64,000 nt of DNA. Source: Deltaproteobacteria bacterium (GTDB lineage Bacteria > Myxococcota_A > UBA9160 > SMWR01). Below are positions 18,612-29,131 of this stretch, in pieces. Below the pieces are notes generated by a model. It was not told the origin of the DNA. It searched no databases and saw nothing but the letters and a program-made list of their open reading frames with translations. A program made the position numbers and the translations under genes. Location: NCBI GenBank assembly GCA_032128375.1, contig JAQBGU010000135.1, positions 1-64,000 of the forward strand. Direction: 5' to 3'. How positions within the stretch are numbered: the stretch's first letter is position 1; each line of letters begins with the position of its first letter.

Positions 18612-20728
18612 GCCGTTGGACGGTCGCGACCGCGATCGCCACGGCGCTGCTGTGGATCTCGCTGGGGACCCAGGCGTCACTGCCGACGCTGACCCGCGGC
18701 GCCGAGGATTGGTCTGGTGACTTCCGCTCCTACTACCTGCCCAACGCCGAGTTCGCGGCGAACCAGCTAGCGGAAGGACGCCTTCCGTTGTGGAATCCGT
18801 ACCAGGGCGCGGGTGGGCCGTTCCTGGCGACGATCCAGCCGGGCGTCTTCTACCCGCCCAACTGGCTTCATCTGCTGCTGCCGTCTGCAACGGCATTCCT
18901 TGTGTTGATCGCACTGCACCTGGCACTCGCGGTCGTGACCGCGAGCGCTCTTGCGCAACGCCTGGGCGCGTCGCCGATCGGTGGAGCAGTAGCGGGGCTG
19001 GCCTACGCGACATCGTTTCAGCTGATTGGCAGCGTATGGACCCCACCGCTGGTTTACACTGCGTCGTGGATGCCGGCGGTGTTATTCGCTGTTGATCGGA
19101 TCATCGATCGACCCTCAGCGAAGTCGACGGCGCTGCTTGCGGCAGTGACCGCGCTTCCCGCGCTCGCGGGCTGGCCGTATACTCTGATGCTGACAGCACT
19201 GACCTGCGCGATGTATGCAGCCACTCGCATGCTGATGGGGCTGGTGCGCGCGCGAGCGATTCCGTGGCGCGTGGGTGTTGCGCTTTCGGCCGGGGCGGCG
19301 ATCGGCCTGCTGTTGGCGGCGCCGCAGTTGTACCCGGCATCGGAGTTGCTGGGGCGCAGTTGTCGCGCGTTGGGCTCGATCATCGAGGAGCAGGCCATCT
19401 TCGTGCCGGGTCCGCACGATCCGGAGATATTCATGAGAAGTATTCTCAGAAGCGGATTCAACGATGGCGTTCCGGGTTACGCGGCCTTGCTGCTTTCGCC
19501 CCTGGCGCTGTTGCTGCCGGGTCCACATCGGGGTCGCGTCGCGCTGCTGCTCGCCATCGGGGGCTTCGGGTTGCTCGCATCCTTCCCCGGCTCGGTTCCA
19601 GTCTACGGCTGGTTGCGGGAACTGCCCATTCTCGCTGATTTTCGATTTCCGTACCGGTACCGGCTGCTGTCGACGCTGGCACTCTCGATCGCCGCCGGCG
19701 TTGGCGCATCTCACCTCCAGTACGCATTGCGCCGCTACTCACACGCTGGTTCCGCTGCTGGGGTAGTGGCGCTGATGGCTGCACTGGGATGGGGCAGCCT
19801 CCCGGTGCTGAACACGGCAAGTCGCTTTGCGCGCGATTTCGGTCCGTCTCAATCGGTGGCCGAGCAGATCGCACAGATCGGTGCGGATTGGAAACCCGAG
19901 CCGTACGAGCGTGTCTACTGGACCGGTCGATCCCACAAGCTCCGCGATCCGAGCAACGTGTTCGTTGTCCACGACATGGAGCCGTTGACATTGGCGCGAA
20001 CCGCACAATTGTTGACGTTCTTCGAAACCGGACGAGCCAGGACACTCCTCACGCTGAAGCCATCCAGCGATCCTCGCAAGAAGTACGAGGATTGGGTGGC
20101 AGCCCCGTTCTTCGGTTGGCTGAACCTTCCCGGTGACAGTGCACGGGCTGCGATCCTCGACGTGTTCTCGATCGGAACGATTGTCGACCGCGCGCCGCCG
20201 TATTGGCTGACCGACCGCTACGAGCGGATCTCGCCTGCCGGTGCCGAGTCGTCGGTCTTCCGCAACCCTCACGCGCTGCCCCGCGCGTACCGGGTCGCAG
20301 TTGCCATTGCGGAGCCGGCGAAGTTGGCGGACGCGTTGCGCCTGATGACATCGGAGCGTTTCAATCCACGCTCGATGGTGCTGTTGGACAACCCGCCCGC
20401 CCGGCTCTTGACACGCCGCCGCCCCGTGCCGTTCGACCCGAGCGGCGTCGAAATCGAACGCTATCTCCCAGATCGGGTCCGGCTGCAGACACGCGGCGCG
20501 ACGGCGGCGATCGTCGTGCTGACCGACGCGCACTTCCCAGGCTGGACGGCGAGCTTGGATGGACAGCCGGTCGAGTTGTATCGGGCGAACGCGAATTTTC
20601 GCGGTGTTGCGGTCCCCGCCGGCGAACATGTGGTCGAGATGTACTACGCACCGCAATCATTGGCGTTCGGCAGCTGGCTGGCGGCGTTGGGCGCGCTTGG
20701 GATCGCGGTCGCGGTGTGGCGAAATTGA
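18608..20728 (+). CDS. YfhO family GT-C membrane protein
   Basis: DFRSYYLP, LPLWNPYQGAGGPF, FRFPYRY; C-terminal LTDAHFPGWTASLDG...ANANFRGVAVPAGEHVVEMYY; 4-nt overlap with the GT2 gene. Confidence 0.88.
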   Translation: MSRWTVATAIATALLWISLGTQASLPTLTRGAEDWSGDFRSYYLPNAEFAANQLAEGRLPLWNPYQGAGGPFLATIQPGVFYPPNWLHLLLPSATAFLVLIALHLALAVVTASALAQRLGASPIGGAVAGLAYATSFQLIGSVWTPPLVYTASWMPAVLFAVDRIIDRPSAKSTALLAAVTALPALAGWPYTLMLTALTCAMYAATRMLMGLVRARAIPWRVGVALSAGAAIGLLLAAPQLYPASELLGRSCRALGSIIEEQAIFVPGPHDPEIFMRSILRSGFNDGVPGYAALLLSPLALLLPGPHRGRVALLLAIGGFGLLASFPGSVPVYGWLRELPILADFRFPYRYRLLSTLALSIAAGVGASHLQYALRRYSHAGSAAGVVALMAALGWGSLPVLNTASRFARDFGPSQSVAEQIAQIGADWKPEPYERVYWTGRSHKLRDPSNVFVVHDMEPLTLARTAQLLTFFETGRARTLLTLKPSSDPRKKYEDWVAAPFFGWLNLPGDSARAAILDVFSIGTIVDRAPPYWLTDRYERISPAGAESSVFRNPHALPRAYRVAVAIAEPAKLADALRLMTSERFNPRSMVLLDNPPARLLTRRRPVPFDPSGVEIERYLPDRVRLQTRGATAAIVVLTDAHFPGWTASLDGQPVELYRANANFRGVAVPAGEHVVEMYYAPQSLAFGSWLAALGALGIAVAVWRN

Positions 20729-20803
20729 TTGGCGTGAGTCGATTCGCGATCGAGCTACCTGAGTTGCCGGACCTGAGACGCCCGACTCGTATGGGTCAGC
20801 CTG

Positions 20804-22345
20804 CTAGATGATACGCGACTTGCGATCGCCCCAGTAGCGGTCCTTCAGCAACCGCTTGTAGAGCTTTCCGGTTGGGTGCCGCGGAAGCTCGGCCTCGAAG
20901 TCGATCGAGCGCGGGCATTTGATCTTCGCCAGCTGGGACTTGCAATACTCCAATAACTCGGCCTCCAGTTCGGAGTTCGCGTCCGCCATGTCGATGGGTT
21001 GGACAACAGCCTTCACCTCTTCGCCGAAATCCTCGTTGGGAATGCCGAACACCGCGGCGTCTGCGACTTTGGGGTGCGTAATGAGAACGTTTTCTGCCTC
21101 CTGCGGGTAGATGTTCACGCCGCCGGAGATGATCATGTTCGACTTGCGATCCGTCAGGAAGAGATAGCCCTCTTCGTCCAGGTAGCCGATGTCGCCCAGC
21201 GTGCTCCAGCCCTTGGCGTTCTGGGATTCCGCGGTCTTCTTCGAGTCTCCGTGGTATTCAAACTTTCCGCCACCTGCGAAGTAGATTCCACCCGGTGTCC
21301 CGATCGGCTGCTCCTCGCCGGCGTCATCGAGGATGTGAATTTCGCCAAGCAGCGCTCGGCCGACCGAACCCTTGTGGGTCATCCACTCGTCCGAGTTGAT
21401 CGTGGTGAATCCGTTGCCTTCGGTGCCCGCGTAGTATTCGAACAATACAGGTCCCCACCAATCGATCATTTTTTCTTTTACCGGCACAGGGCAGGGGGCT
21501 GCGGCGTGGATCGCACTTTTCAGGCTCGACAAGTCGTGGAGCGCGCGCTGCTCGTCGCTGAGTTTGAACATCCGCACGAACATCGACGGCACCCATTGGC
21601 TGATAGTCACCTGGTGCGCTTCGATCAGGCGCAGTGCCTCCATCGCATCGAAGGACTCCATCAAAACGCAGGTCGCGCCGAGCCGCATCATCGCCATGTT
21701 GAAGCGCAACGGCGCCGCGTGATAGAAGGGGGCGGGTGACAGGTAGACGCTGTCCTGATCGGCTCCGTACAGGCCCTTCAGCAGTCCGAGCATCGCGGGT
21801 GCCGTACCGATCGGCTTGCCATCGAACGGGATCGAGACGCCTTTGGGGCGCCCTGTCGTTCCCGATGAATACAGCATGTCGTTGCCCTCGACTTCATCAT
21901 CGATCGGCTCGGACGGCTGCGCTGCGATGGTCTTTTCCCAATCGGGGTATGCATCGATCGAACCGCCAACCAGATAGCGGCCGTCCAGGCCGGACAGCGG
22001 TTCGCGCACCTGCTCGGCTACGTCGCGGAGCTGGTGCGACCCGACATACACGCGCGCGCCGCAATTCGTGACGATGTACTCGAGCTCGGATGCCGTCAGC
22101 CGCGAGCTGATCGCGGTGTAGATGATGCCGGAACGTTGCGCGGCCCAACAGATCTCGAAAAAGCGCGCGTTGTTTTCCATGTGGATCGCGATGTGGTCGC
22201 CCGCCTGCAGGCCGAGCGAGCGGAACAACTGGGCGCCGCGATTCGAAGCTTCGTCAAGCTGCCCGTACGTGATGGTCTCGCCGCTGGCGGCCATCCGATA
22301 CGCGACCTTGTCGGGCAGTGTCTTGGCGAGTTCACCGGGATACAT
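20804..22345 (-). CDS. Acyl-CoA synthetase (AMP-binding, FadD-like)
   Basis: YSSGTTGRPKG, EYYAGTEG, TLGDIGYLD, ISGGVNIYPQEAE, PTGKLYK. Confidence 0.95.
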   Translation of the reverse strand: MYPGELAKTLPDKVAYRMAASGETITYGQLDEASNRGAQLFRSLGLQAGDHIAIHMENNARFFEICWAAQRSGIIYTAISSRLTASELEYIVTNCGARVYVGSHQLRDVAEQVREPLSGLDGRYLVGGSIDAYPDWEKTIAAQPSEPIDDEVEGNDMLYSSGTTGRPKGVSIPFDGKPIGTAPAMLGLLKGLYGADQDSVYLSPAPFYHAAPLRFNMAMMRLGATCVLMESFDAMEALRLIEAHQVTISQWVPSMFVRMFKLSDEQRALHDLSSLKSAIHAAAPCPVPVKEKMIDWWGPVLFEYYAGTEGNGFTTINSDEWMTHKGSVGRALLGEIHILDDAGEEQPIGTPGGIYFAGGGKFEYHGDSKKTAESQNAKGWSTLGDIGYLDEEGYLFLTDRKSNMIISGGVNIYPQEAENVLITHPKVADAAVFGIPNEDFGEEVKAVVQPIDMADANSELEAELLEYCKSQLAKIKCPRSIDFEAELPRHPTGKLYKRLLKDRYWGDRKSRII

Positions 22346-22447
22346 GGGGCTCCTTCAGGTCGCCGCGCTGTGTGACGATGCATCGAGTTGCTTCGTCTCG
22401 CCGCTGCTCTCGCAACGGCAGGCCCGAGTCTAGATTCGATGAGCCCG

Positions 22448-23404
22448 TCACGCAGCGGGTGCTGGAAACAGCAGGTCGATCTGTGCGGTGAGCTGGCCGG
22501 GAATCGACAACCCCGAAGCCGCGACGTTTTCTTCGAGTTGACTCGTGTGCGTCACACCGACGATCGCGCTGGCGACATGCGGCTCCCGGAGACACCACGC
22601 GATCGCGAGTTGGGCCATCGAAACGTCCAGTTTTTCCGCGATCGCCGACAGCGCCTGGACACGTTCGAGGGCCGCGGGCTCTAGTAGATTCCTCATCCAG
22701 CCACTTCTTTCGGCATCGGCTGCCCGGCTGTTGGCCCCGCGCGCGCCACCGGAATACTTGCCGCTCAGCACTCCCTGGGCCAGTGGGCTGAAGACGATAT
22801 GAGATAGCCCCTCGCGGACACAGGTGGCTGTCACGTCCGATTCGATGCCGCGCCTCAGGATTGAGTACTCGGGCTGACTGGAAACCGGTTGGAACGCGCC
22901 GTGGCGCTCCGCTGCGCGGCAGGCCTGTTCGATCTGTTTGCTCGTCCATTGGGAAACCCCCCAGTACAAGAGTTTCCCTTGGCGAATCAGGTCTTCGTAT
23001 GCGCGGACGGTTTCGTCGATGGGCGTTGTCGGGTCCCAACGGTGGCATTGGTGGAGGTCCAGGTAGTCGACGCGAAGCCGGCGCAGCGACTCCTCCACGC
23101 TTTCGAACAGGTGCTTGCGCGACAGCCCGCGGTCGTTGGCGCGATCCGAGATCGGGAAGAAACACTTGCTGGCGATGACCAGGTGCCGTCGGGGGAGCCC
23201 CTCCAAAGCGCGGCCGAGCTCGATCTCGGCGGCGCCGTCGGCATAGACATCCGCGGTATCGAACAGGTTCACTCCCAGCTCGAACGCGCGCCGGACGATC
23301 TTGCGGCTGGCCTGAGAATCGAGCTTGGAGCCGAGCGTGAGCCACGACCCCAACCCGATTTCGCTAACCGCAAGTCCACTATGGCCGAGTCGTCGGTACT
23401 GCAC
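22448..23404 (-). CDS. Aldo/keto reductase (Kv-beta-like)
   Basis: GLGSWLT, FDTADVY, SKCFF, SLRRLRVDYLDL, SPLAQGVLSGKY. Confidence 0.93.
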   Translation of the reverse strand: MQYRRLGHSGLAVSEIGLGSWLTLGSKLDSQASRKIVRRAFELGVNLFDTADVYADGAAEIELGRALEGLPRRHLVIASKCFFPISDRANDRGLSRKHLFESVEESLRRLRVDYLDLHQCHRWDPTTPIDETVRAYEDLIRQGKLLYWGVSQWTSKQIEQACRAAERHGAFQPVSSQPEYSILRRGIESDVTATCVREGLSHIVFSPLAQGVLSGKYSGGARGANSRAADAERSGWMRNLLEPAALERVQALSAIAEKLDVSMAQLAIAWCLREPHVASAIVGVTHTSQLEENVAASGLSIPGQLTAQIDLLFPAPAA

Positions 23405-23502
23405 GGTCGCGAATTCTATCTCAACTGGGCTTTTTGCCTCAGTTCAGTCAGTACTCCTTTCGGCACTCCTTTCGATACAACAATCGGTAGACTTCGAGCG
23501 CT

Positions 23503-24078
23503 GTGTTGAATCTCGCCGCTGAAACCGACCCGACTTGGGTCGACCGAGCCCTCGCTGATCTCGAGGAGCTGCTCCTCGACCACGCGCACTGCGAGCGCAA
23601 GGCCGCGGGCTTGGCCGTACGCATGATGTTCCGCTACCCCGACCTTGGGTACTTGCACGAACCGTTATCGCGGCTGGCGCGTGAGGAACTCGCCCACTAT
23701 GAAGAAGTGCTGCGCGTGATCGGTGCCCGCGGCGGTGTACTGCGGCGCCAGAAACCCAGCTCCTACGCGGGCCAACTGACAAAGGCGATTCGAGGCCGGG
23801 AACCGGAAAGGCTGATCGACACATTGGTCGTGGCCGCGATCATCGAGGCCCGCAGTTGCGAACGCTTCAAACTGCTGGCGGCTGCGGTCGGCGACCCGAC
23901 ACTGGCGAAACTCTACAGTGGTCTGCTGGCTTGTGAGGCGCGCCATCACAACATCTACTTCGAGCTGGCGGTCCGCGCCGGCGGCGAGGTCGTCGCCAAA
24001 GATCGGCTGCGCGAACTCGCCGCGCGCGAGGCTGAAATCCTGTCGACCCCCGGGCCGAGCGTTCGAATGCACAGCTGA
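23503..24078 (+). CDS. miaE: tRNA-(ms2io6A37) hydroxylase MiaE
   Basis: LLDHAHCERKAA, REELAH, IEARSCERF, EARH, C-terminal RMHS. Confidence 0.92.
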   Translation: MLNLAAETDPTWVDRALADLEELLLDHAHCERKAAGLAVRMMFRYPDLGYLHEPLSRLAREELAHYEEVLRVIGARGGVLRRQKPSSYAGQLTKAIRGREPERLIDTLVVAAIIEARSCERFKLLAAAVGDPTLAKLYSGLLACEARHHNIYFELAVRAGGEVVAKDRLRELAAREAEILSTPGPSVRMHS

Positions 24079-24158
24079 CACGACGTCGCCCGACCCAGCA
24101 TGAGTCGGGCTCCTTGCCACACCCAACACAGCCAATTCGAGCATCAGGAGGAACCACG

Positions 24159-24902
24159 ATGGACATCACGACCGAACCAATTTCGATTCCAGTTTCGGAC
24201 GGAAGCACGATGGGCGGATTCCTCGCGCGCCCAAGTGCGGGGGGAACCTACCCGGCGGTCATCGTTTACATGGAGATCTTCGGTGTGAACGCGCACATCC
24301 GTGACGTAACCGAGCGCGTCGCACGCGAAGGCTACGTGGCGTTGGCGCCTGACTACTTTCATCGGACCGGCCCGGGTGTCGAATATGCCTATGACGAGCA
24401 AGGCATGGGAAAGGGCATCGCGTTGATGGGGCGGCTCAAAGCGGACGAGATGATCGCCGACGCGAATGCGGCGATTCAAGCACTGCGCAAGCGCTCAGAA
24501 GTGAACGGCGACAAAATCGGATGCATGGGTTTTTGCATCGGCGGCCACATGACCTACCTGACCGCCTGCGAGACAGACGTAGCGTGTGCGGCCAGCTTCT
24601 ACGGTGGCGGAATCGCAGCACCCGTGGGGCTCGGTGGAGCAGCCTCCACGATCGGACGAACGGCGAAGATCAAAGGGCAAATCTTGTGTCTATTCGGCGC
24701 CAACGACGGCTTCATTCCACTCGATCAAGTCGAGGCCATCAAGTCGGCGCTCGCCGACGCAGGCGTGGATCACGAAACGGTTGTGTACCCCGGCGCAGAC
24801 CACGGATTCTTCTGCGATGCCCGCGATGGTTTTCAGCAAGCCGCCGCCAGCGATGCGTGGGAGCGAGTCAAGGAGATGTTTCACTCCAAGCTCGCGAGCT
24901 GA
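24159..24902 (+). CDS. Dienelactone hydrolase family protein
   Basis: GGAGG RBS; EIFGVN, GFCIGG nucleophile elbow, D, YPGADHGF. Confidence 0.93.
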   Translation: MDITTEPISIPVSDGSTMGGFLARPSAGGTYPAVIVYMEIFGVNAHIRDVTERVAREGYVALAPDYFHRTGPGVEYAYDEQGMGKGIALMGRLKADEMIADANAAIQALRKRSEVNGDKIGCMGFCIGGHMTYLTACETDVACAASFYGGGIAAPVGLGGAASTIGRTAKIKGQILCLFGANDGFIPLDQVEAIKSALADAGVDHETVVYPGADHGFFCDARDGFQQAAASDAWERVKEMFHSKLAS

Positions 24903-24967
24903 CGAACCAGCGTCGAATTTCCCCCGGGGTGATGTACCCGTTCGCCGCAGGAGAGATTGCAGAACAC

Positions 24968-24997
24968 TTGACAAACGAAGGTGGCGCAGGGCACCTT
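24968..24997 (+). promoter_or_regulatory. Candidate sigma70 promoter of csp, giving a long 5' UTR
   Basis: TTGACA at 24968-24973 and a weak -10 (CACCTT) 18 bp later, ~150 nt upstream of the csp ATG. Confidence 0.35.
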
Positions 24998-25148
24998 GAA
25001 GTCGCGCTGACTGGGCTGTAACCCCGTTTTGGCCTCGTGGTGGGGCCGTTGATCGAAGGCGCACGAGAAAAGTTCGGCAGCCCATTGTGTGTTACCCCTT
25101 CTATGGTCAGCACGTTCGATGAACACCGGAAGGGTAGGAGAGGAAATA

Positions 25149-25352
25149 ATGGCAGGCGGTACAGTAAAGTGGTTCAGCGATGAGAAGGGCTATGGATTCA
25201 TCGTTCCCGACGATGGCTCGAAAGATCTCTTCGTGCATTTCTCCAACATCGAGGGCGATGGTTTCAAGTCGCTTTCCGAGGGCCAGAAAGTGACCTTCGA
25301 GCCGGGCGAAGGCCGCAGGGGACCGGAGGCCACTATCGTCCGACCTGCTTGA
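25149..25352 (+). CDS. csp: Cold-shock protein (CspA family)
   Basis: [43 protein letters not shown]. Confidence 0.96.
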   Translation: MAGGTVKWFSDEKGYGFIVPDDGSKDLFVHFSNIEGDGFKSLSEGQKVTFEPGEGRRGPEATIVRPA

Positions 25353-25379
25353 ATGCGCGAAAACAGCAACGGAACCCAA

Positions 25380-25413
25380 CGGCGGCCCCGATCGCGGGCC
25401 GCCGCATCTTTGT
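25380..25413 (+). terminator. Probable intrinsic terminator after csp
   Basis: Stem CGGCGGCCC-7nt-GGGCCGCCG followed by a weak U-tract (CATCTTTGT). Confidence 0.45.
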
Positions 25414-25518
25414 CAGACCGGCCGCACGCGAGTAGTTCGAGTGGCCGCAGGCGCTTTGTTCCGGCGGCAGACGCTCTATTTGACCGGTCGTCATCTCTTG
25501 GACCGCCGATATGTGTGA

Positions 25519-26208
25519 TTGGAGAATCGATTGCCCTTGCCGTTATCTGACCTACGCGATCACGAACGTGGCACCTACTCCCAATTCGGCGAGGAGGGTG
25601 TGCTGGCTCGCATCTTTGAATCGATTGGTGTTCGGCATCGCTATTGCGTTGAATTCGGCGCCAAAGATGGGGAGACCCTTTCCAACACGGCTTCGCTGCG
25701 CCGCGAACAGAACTGGTCGAGCTTGCTGATGGAGGCGGATCCGGCCTTCGCCGGAGAGGGCGTCCAAACCGAATTTGTGACGGCTGAAAACGTCAACGCG
25801 CTGTTCGCCAAACACCATGTACCGGCTGAGTTCGATTTGCTGTCCATTGATGTCGACGGCAACGACTACTGGATCTGGCGCGCGATCGACGCTTTCGAGG
25901 CGCGTGTCGTGGTCGTCGAGTACAACATTTTCTTCGGGTTGGATGTCGCGAAGACGATTGAATACCGGCCCGATCACGTCTGGGACGGAACGACCTACCA
26001 CGGCGCAAGTCTCGCTGCGCTAGACAAGCTGGGACGCGCCAAGGGCTATAGCCTCGTTCACACCGAGAGTTGGGCCCCCAATGCATTCTTCGTGAAGAAT
26101 TCGGAACTCCCTCAGGGCTACGTCGAGCGGCCGATTCACGAGCTGACGAATTGGGCGTCGTATCGGGAACCTCGCGATACTCCGGATCGAAGCTGGGTAT
26201 CCGTCTGA
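25519..26208 (+). CDS. FkbM-like methyltransferase-fold protein
   Basis: YSQFGEEG, VEFGAKDG..SNT, FDLLSIDVDGNDYWIW, VVEYN, NAFFV. Confidence 0.75.
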   Translation: MENRLPLPLSDLRDHERGTYSQFGEEGVLARIFESIGVRHRYCVEFGAKDGETLSNTASLRREQNWSSLLMEADPAFAGEGVQTEFVTAENVNALFAKHHVPAEFDLLSIDVDGNDYWIWRAIDAFEARVVVVEYNIFFGLDVAKTIEYRPDHVWDGTTYHGASLAALDKLGRAKGYSLVHTESWAPNAFFVKNSELPQGYVERPIHELTNWASYREPRDTPDRSWVSV

Positions 26209-26327
26209 GGGTTCAGGCAGCAACCCACGAATGGCGCAGCCGGCTGGTTCCCACCGCTCATGGCTACTTGTCCCGCGAGAAGGAATTCTGCATACTCGCC
26301 GCCGAACTCCGCCTCCTCCAGAAATAG

Positions 26328-27263
26328 ATGCCTGATATCGTTGGGGCTCCAATGGCCGCCTCGGTTCCGGATCAGATCGTAGAGCGGCCCGACGCTGCCG
26401 CGTTATTGCCGTATTCTGTCAAGCTCCCGGTCTTCGAAGGACCGCTTGATCTATTGCTGCATCTGATCAAAGTGAACGAAGTCGAGATCACCGATATTCC
26501 GATCGCGCGAATTGGCGAGCAGTACCTCCAGTACCTCGGCGTGATGCGCGTGCTGGACCTGGATGTCGTCGGCGAGTATCTGTTGATGGCGGCCACGCTC
26601 GCGTGGATCAAGTCCCGGATGCTGCTGCCGGCAGAACGGGTCGGCGAGGACGGTGAGGAAATCGATCCACGCGCCGAACTCGTTGCACGGTTGCTCGAGT
26701 ACCAGCGATTCAAGGAAGTTTCCCAGGAACTGGGGGAGCGCAATCGGCTGGACCGGGATGTCTTTGCCGGCCAATGCATGGATCTCGAGCCGCCGGCCGA
26801 TGCGGACCGCGAGATCGAGGTCGGCTTGTTCGACTTGGTCAACGCATACCGCCAGGTCCTCGAAGAGAAGCGGGATGAGGAACCGGAAGCGCACGAAATC
26901 GAAGCCGAAGAAGTGACGATTCGGGATCGGATGCTTGCGATCATGCAGGTGCTCGAGGTTCGGTCGTCTGTGGAGTTCGATGTGTTTCTGGGTGACGAGC
27001 ACCACAATCACGGGCATGATCATCACGGGTACCATCACGGGCAGCACAGGGAAGACCCTGAAGCGGGGAGCGCCGTGCGGACGATCCGCGTGTCTATGAT
27101 CGTCGCGACATTCATCGCGATGCTCGAGCTGACTCGACTCGCTGCAATCCGGATCTACCAATCTCTCGACGACGTCGGCGCCCCGAGCGGTCCGATTCAC
27201 CTGCGGCTGGCAGTTGCTACCGGGGATCGCAGTTGGGCGAAAGATCTGCCGGAGCACATGTAA
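26328..27263 (+). CDS. scpA: Segregation and condensation protein A (kleisin), with a His-rich insert
   Basis: [57 protein letters not shown]. The start may be ATG 26352. Confidence 0.95.
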   Translation: MPDIVGAPMAASVPDQIVERPDAAALLPYSVKLPVFEGPLDLLLHLIKVNEVEITDIPIARIGEQYLQYLGVMRVLDLDVVGEYLLMAATLAWIKSRMLLPAERVGEDGEEIDPRAELVARLLEYQRFKEVSQELGERNRLDRDVFAGQCMDLEPPADADREIEVGLFDLVNAYRQVLEEKRDEEPEAHEIEAEEVTIRDRMLAIMQVLEVRSSVEFDVFLGDEHHNHGHDHHGYHHGQHREDPEAGSAVRTIRVSMIVATFIAMLELTRLAAIRIYQSLDDVGAPSGPIHLRLAVATGDRSWAKDLPEHM

Positions 27264-27297
27264 CGCGGCCTCGTTCGATCCGGCTGGATTCACGGCC

Positions 27298-27388
27298 TGT
27301 GAAGTTGTGAAGTTGTGAAGTGAAAAGCTAAAAAGTTGAATAGCTGAAAACAGAATGCAAAATGCAAAATGCAAAAAGCAGAAAGCAG
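27298..27388 (+). repeat. Compound microsatellite between scpA and scpB
   Basis: TGTGAAGT x3, degenerate 8-mers, AATGCAA x3, AAAGCAG x2; AT-rich. Confidence 0.85.
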
Positions 27389-27449
27389 GCATCAACGACG
27401 AAATCTTGTCGGCAACGGCTGTCGGTCGAACAGGATCTAGGGAGACGCC

Positions 27450-28139
27450 ATGGACGAAACCGAAAAGCGGGGCATCGCGGAAGCTCTGATTCTTGCATCG
27501 GTAGAGCCGCTTCCGGTCGCGCGACTCGCGAAACTGATCCCCCGCTGCACGCCGTCAAACGCCAAGGCATTGGTGGACTCGCTCAATGCGGACTACGTCG
27601 CGCAGCAGCGCGCGTTCGAGATCTGTGAAGTCGCGGGCGGCTACCAAATGCGCACGAACCCCGAGTACAAGACATACCTGGCGCAACTGCAGAAGACGCG
27701 GCCGTTGCGACTGTCCAATGCGGCGCTCGAGACGCTGTCGATCGTCGCCTACCGCCAACCGGTCACGCGGGGAGAAGTCGAACACGTCCGCGGAGTCGAT
27801 GCCGGACCGGTCATGCGAAGCCTGCTCGAGCGAAATCTCGTCAAGATTGCGGGTCACCGCGAAGTTCCGGGGCGTCCAATGCTGTATGCGACCACCAAGC
27901 GTTTCTTAGAAGTGTTCGGCCTGTCCGATCTCGAAGATCTCCCGACATTGCGTGAGCTCGAAGAGTTGCAGCCGATTGAGTCAGTGGCCGCTGAGGGGGA
28001 TGGCGCCCGGCATCTTTTGGAAGAGAGTCAAGACCTGATGAGCGATTCGTCGGAAGCGGACGATTCGAATGCTGTGCAGCAGGTCTCGGACGCGGACGTC
28101 GCACTCGAACACCTGGAGATCGGCGGTAAGCCGAACTGA
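27450..28139 (+). CDS. scpB: Segregation and condensation protein B
   Basis: EVAGGYQMRT, LSNAALETLSIVAYRQPVTRGEVEHVRGV, PGRPMLYATTKRFLEVFGL. Confidence 0.96.
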   Translation: MDETEKRGIAEALILASVEPLPVARLAKLIPRCTPSNAKALVDSLNADYVAQQRAFEICEVAGGYQMRTNPEYKTYLAQLQKTRPLRLSNAALETLSIVAYRQPVTRGEVEHVRGVDAGPVMRSLLERNLVKIAGHREVPGRPMLYATTKRFLEVFGLSDLEDLPTLRELEELQPIESVAAEGDGARHLLEESQDLMSDSSEADDSNAVQQVSDADVALEHLEIGGKPN

Positions 28140-28158
28140 CGGGCAGCGGCTCCGATAT

Positions 28159-28216
28159 CAAGCCCACTGCCAAGCCCGATACCAAGCCCTATGCCAAGCC
28201 CAGCCAAGCCCGATAC
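28159..28216 (+). repeat. CAAGCCC-N(3-5) tandem repeat x5 spanning the rluB start
   Basis: CAAGCCC at 28159, 28171, 28183, 28195 and 28205. Confidence 0.85.
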
Positions 28217-28952
28217 GCAGCGGCTGCAGAAAATTCTCGCAGCGGCCGGGGTCGGATCGCGCCGAGCTTGCGAGTCGCTGATCGGTACGGGCCGCGTTTC
28301 GGTCAACGGCCGGCGCGCGTCGCTCGGTGAGTCAGCCGACCCGGAGCGCGACGAGATCGCGGTCGATGGGACGCCGATCCTACGCGAGGCGTTCGAGTAC
28401 TGGGTCGTCAACAAGCCGCCCGGTGTGTTGTCGACAGTTCGCGATACCCGGGGCCGGCCGACCGTGCTGGACCTCGTTCCGGACCGATCCGCACGCGTGT
28501 ATCCCGTCGGACGTCTCGATCGAGACACTGAGGGACTCGTTCTACTGACAAACGATGGTGAACTGACCCATCGCATGTTGCATCCCTCATTCGGTGCCGA
28601 GCGTGAATACCGGGTGACCGCGCGAGGCCAGATTTTGGAACCGGTGTTGGCTCGCCTCGCGGCAGGTGTCGAACTCGACGACGGTCCCACCGCGCCGGCA
28701 CAGGTCGGCGCGTCGAGCTTTGATCGCGTTTCGAAACGGACGCGTTTCAGTCTGACGTTGATCGAAGGCAAGAAGCGGCAAATTCGCCGGGTCATGCGCG
28801 AACTCGGCCACCCGGTGATTCAGCTCGTTCGCGTACGGATGGGACCGATATTTCTCGGAGACCTCCCTGTGGGCGATTCGAGGCCGGCGACCGCAGCCGA
28901 GCGCAGGGCGCTGCTCAGGCATCGCGGGTCGCGCTCATCTGAGCGCAACTGA
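28191..28952 (+). CDS. rluB: 23S rRNA pseudouridine synthase, RluB/RsuA family with S4 domain
   Basis: RLQKILAAAGVGSRR, NKPPG, YPVGRLDRDTEGL, EGKKRQIRR; scpA-scpB-rluB synteny. Confidence 0.9.
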   Translation: MPSPAKPDTQRLQKILAAAGVGSRRACESLIGTGRVSVNGRRASLGESADPERDEIAVDGTPILREAFEYWVVNKPPGVLSTVRDTRGRPTVLDLVPDRSARVYPVGRLDRDTEGLVLLTNDGELTHRMLHPSFGAEREYRVTARGQILEPVLARLAAGVELDDGPTAPAQVGASSFDRVSKRTRFSLTLIEGKKRQIRRVMRELGHPVIQLVRVRMGPIFLGDLPVGDSRPATAAERRALLRHRGSRSSERN

Positions 28953-29023
28953 TCGCGCAAGCTCAGTCGATCCATCCGCTTTTTTGTACTTGCCAATTCA
29001 CTTCGCAAAAATTCGCTATCTGA

Positions 29024-29053
29024 TTGATATTTATCATCTTTCAGGCGTATTAT
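29024..29053 (+). promoter_or_regulatory. FNR/CRP-family-like box overlapping a candidate sigma70 promoter
   Basis: TTGAT-ATTT-ATCAT (9/10 to TTGAT-N4-ATCAA) in an AT-rich island; TTGATA-18bp-TATTAT. Confidence 0.4.
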
Positions 29054-29131
29054 GCAGAGGTCGGGGCGGATTCTGGAAGCTGTAATCGGTGTAGCTCGGC
29101 TGCCGTGTAGTTCGGAGAGGGTGTTGGAGGC

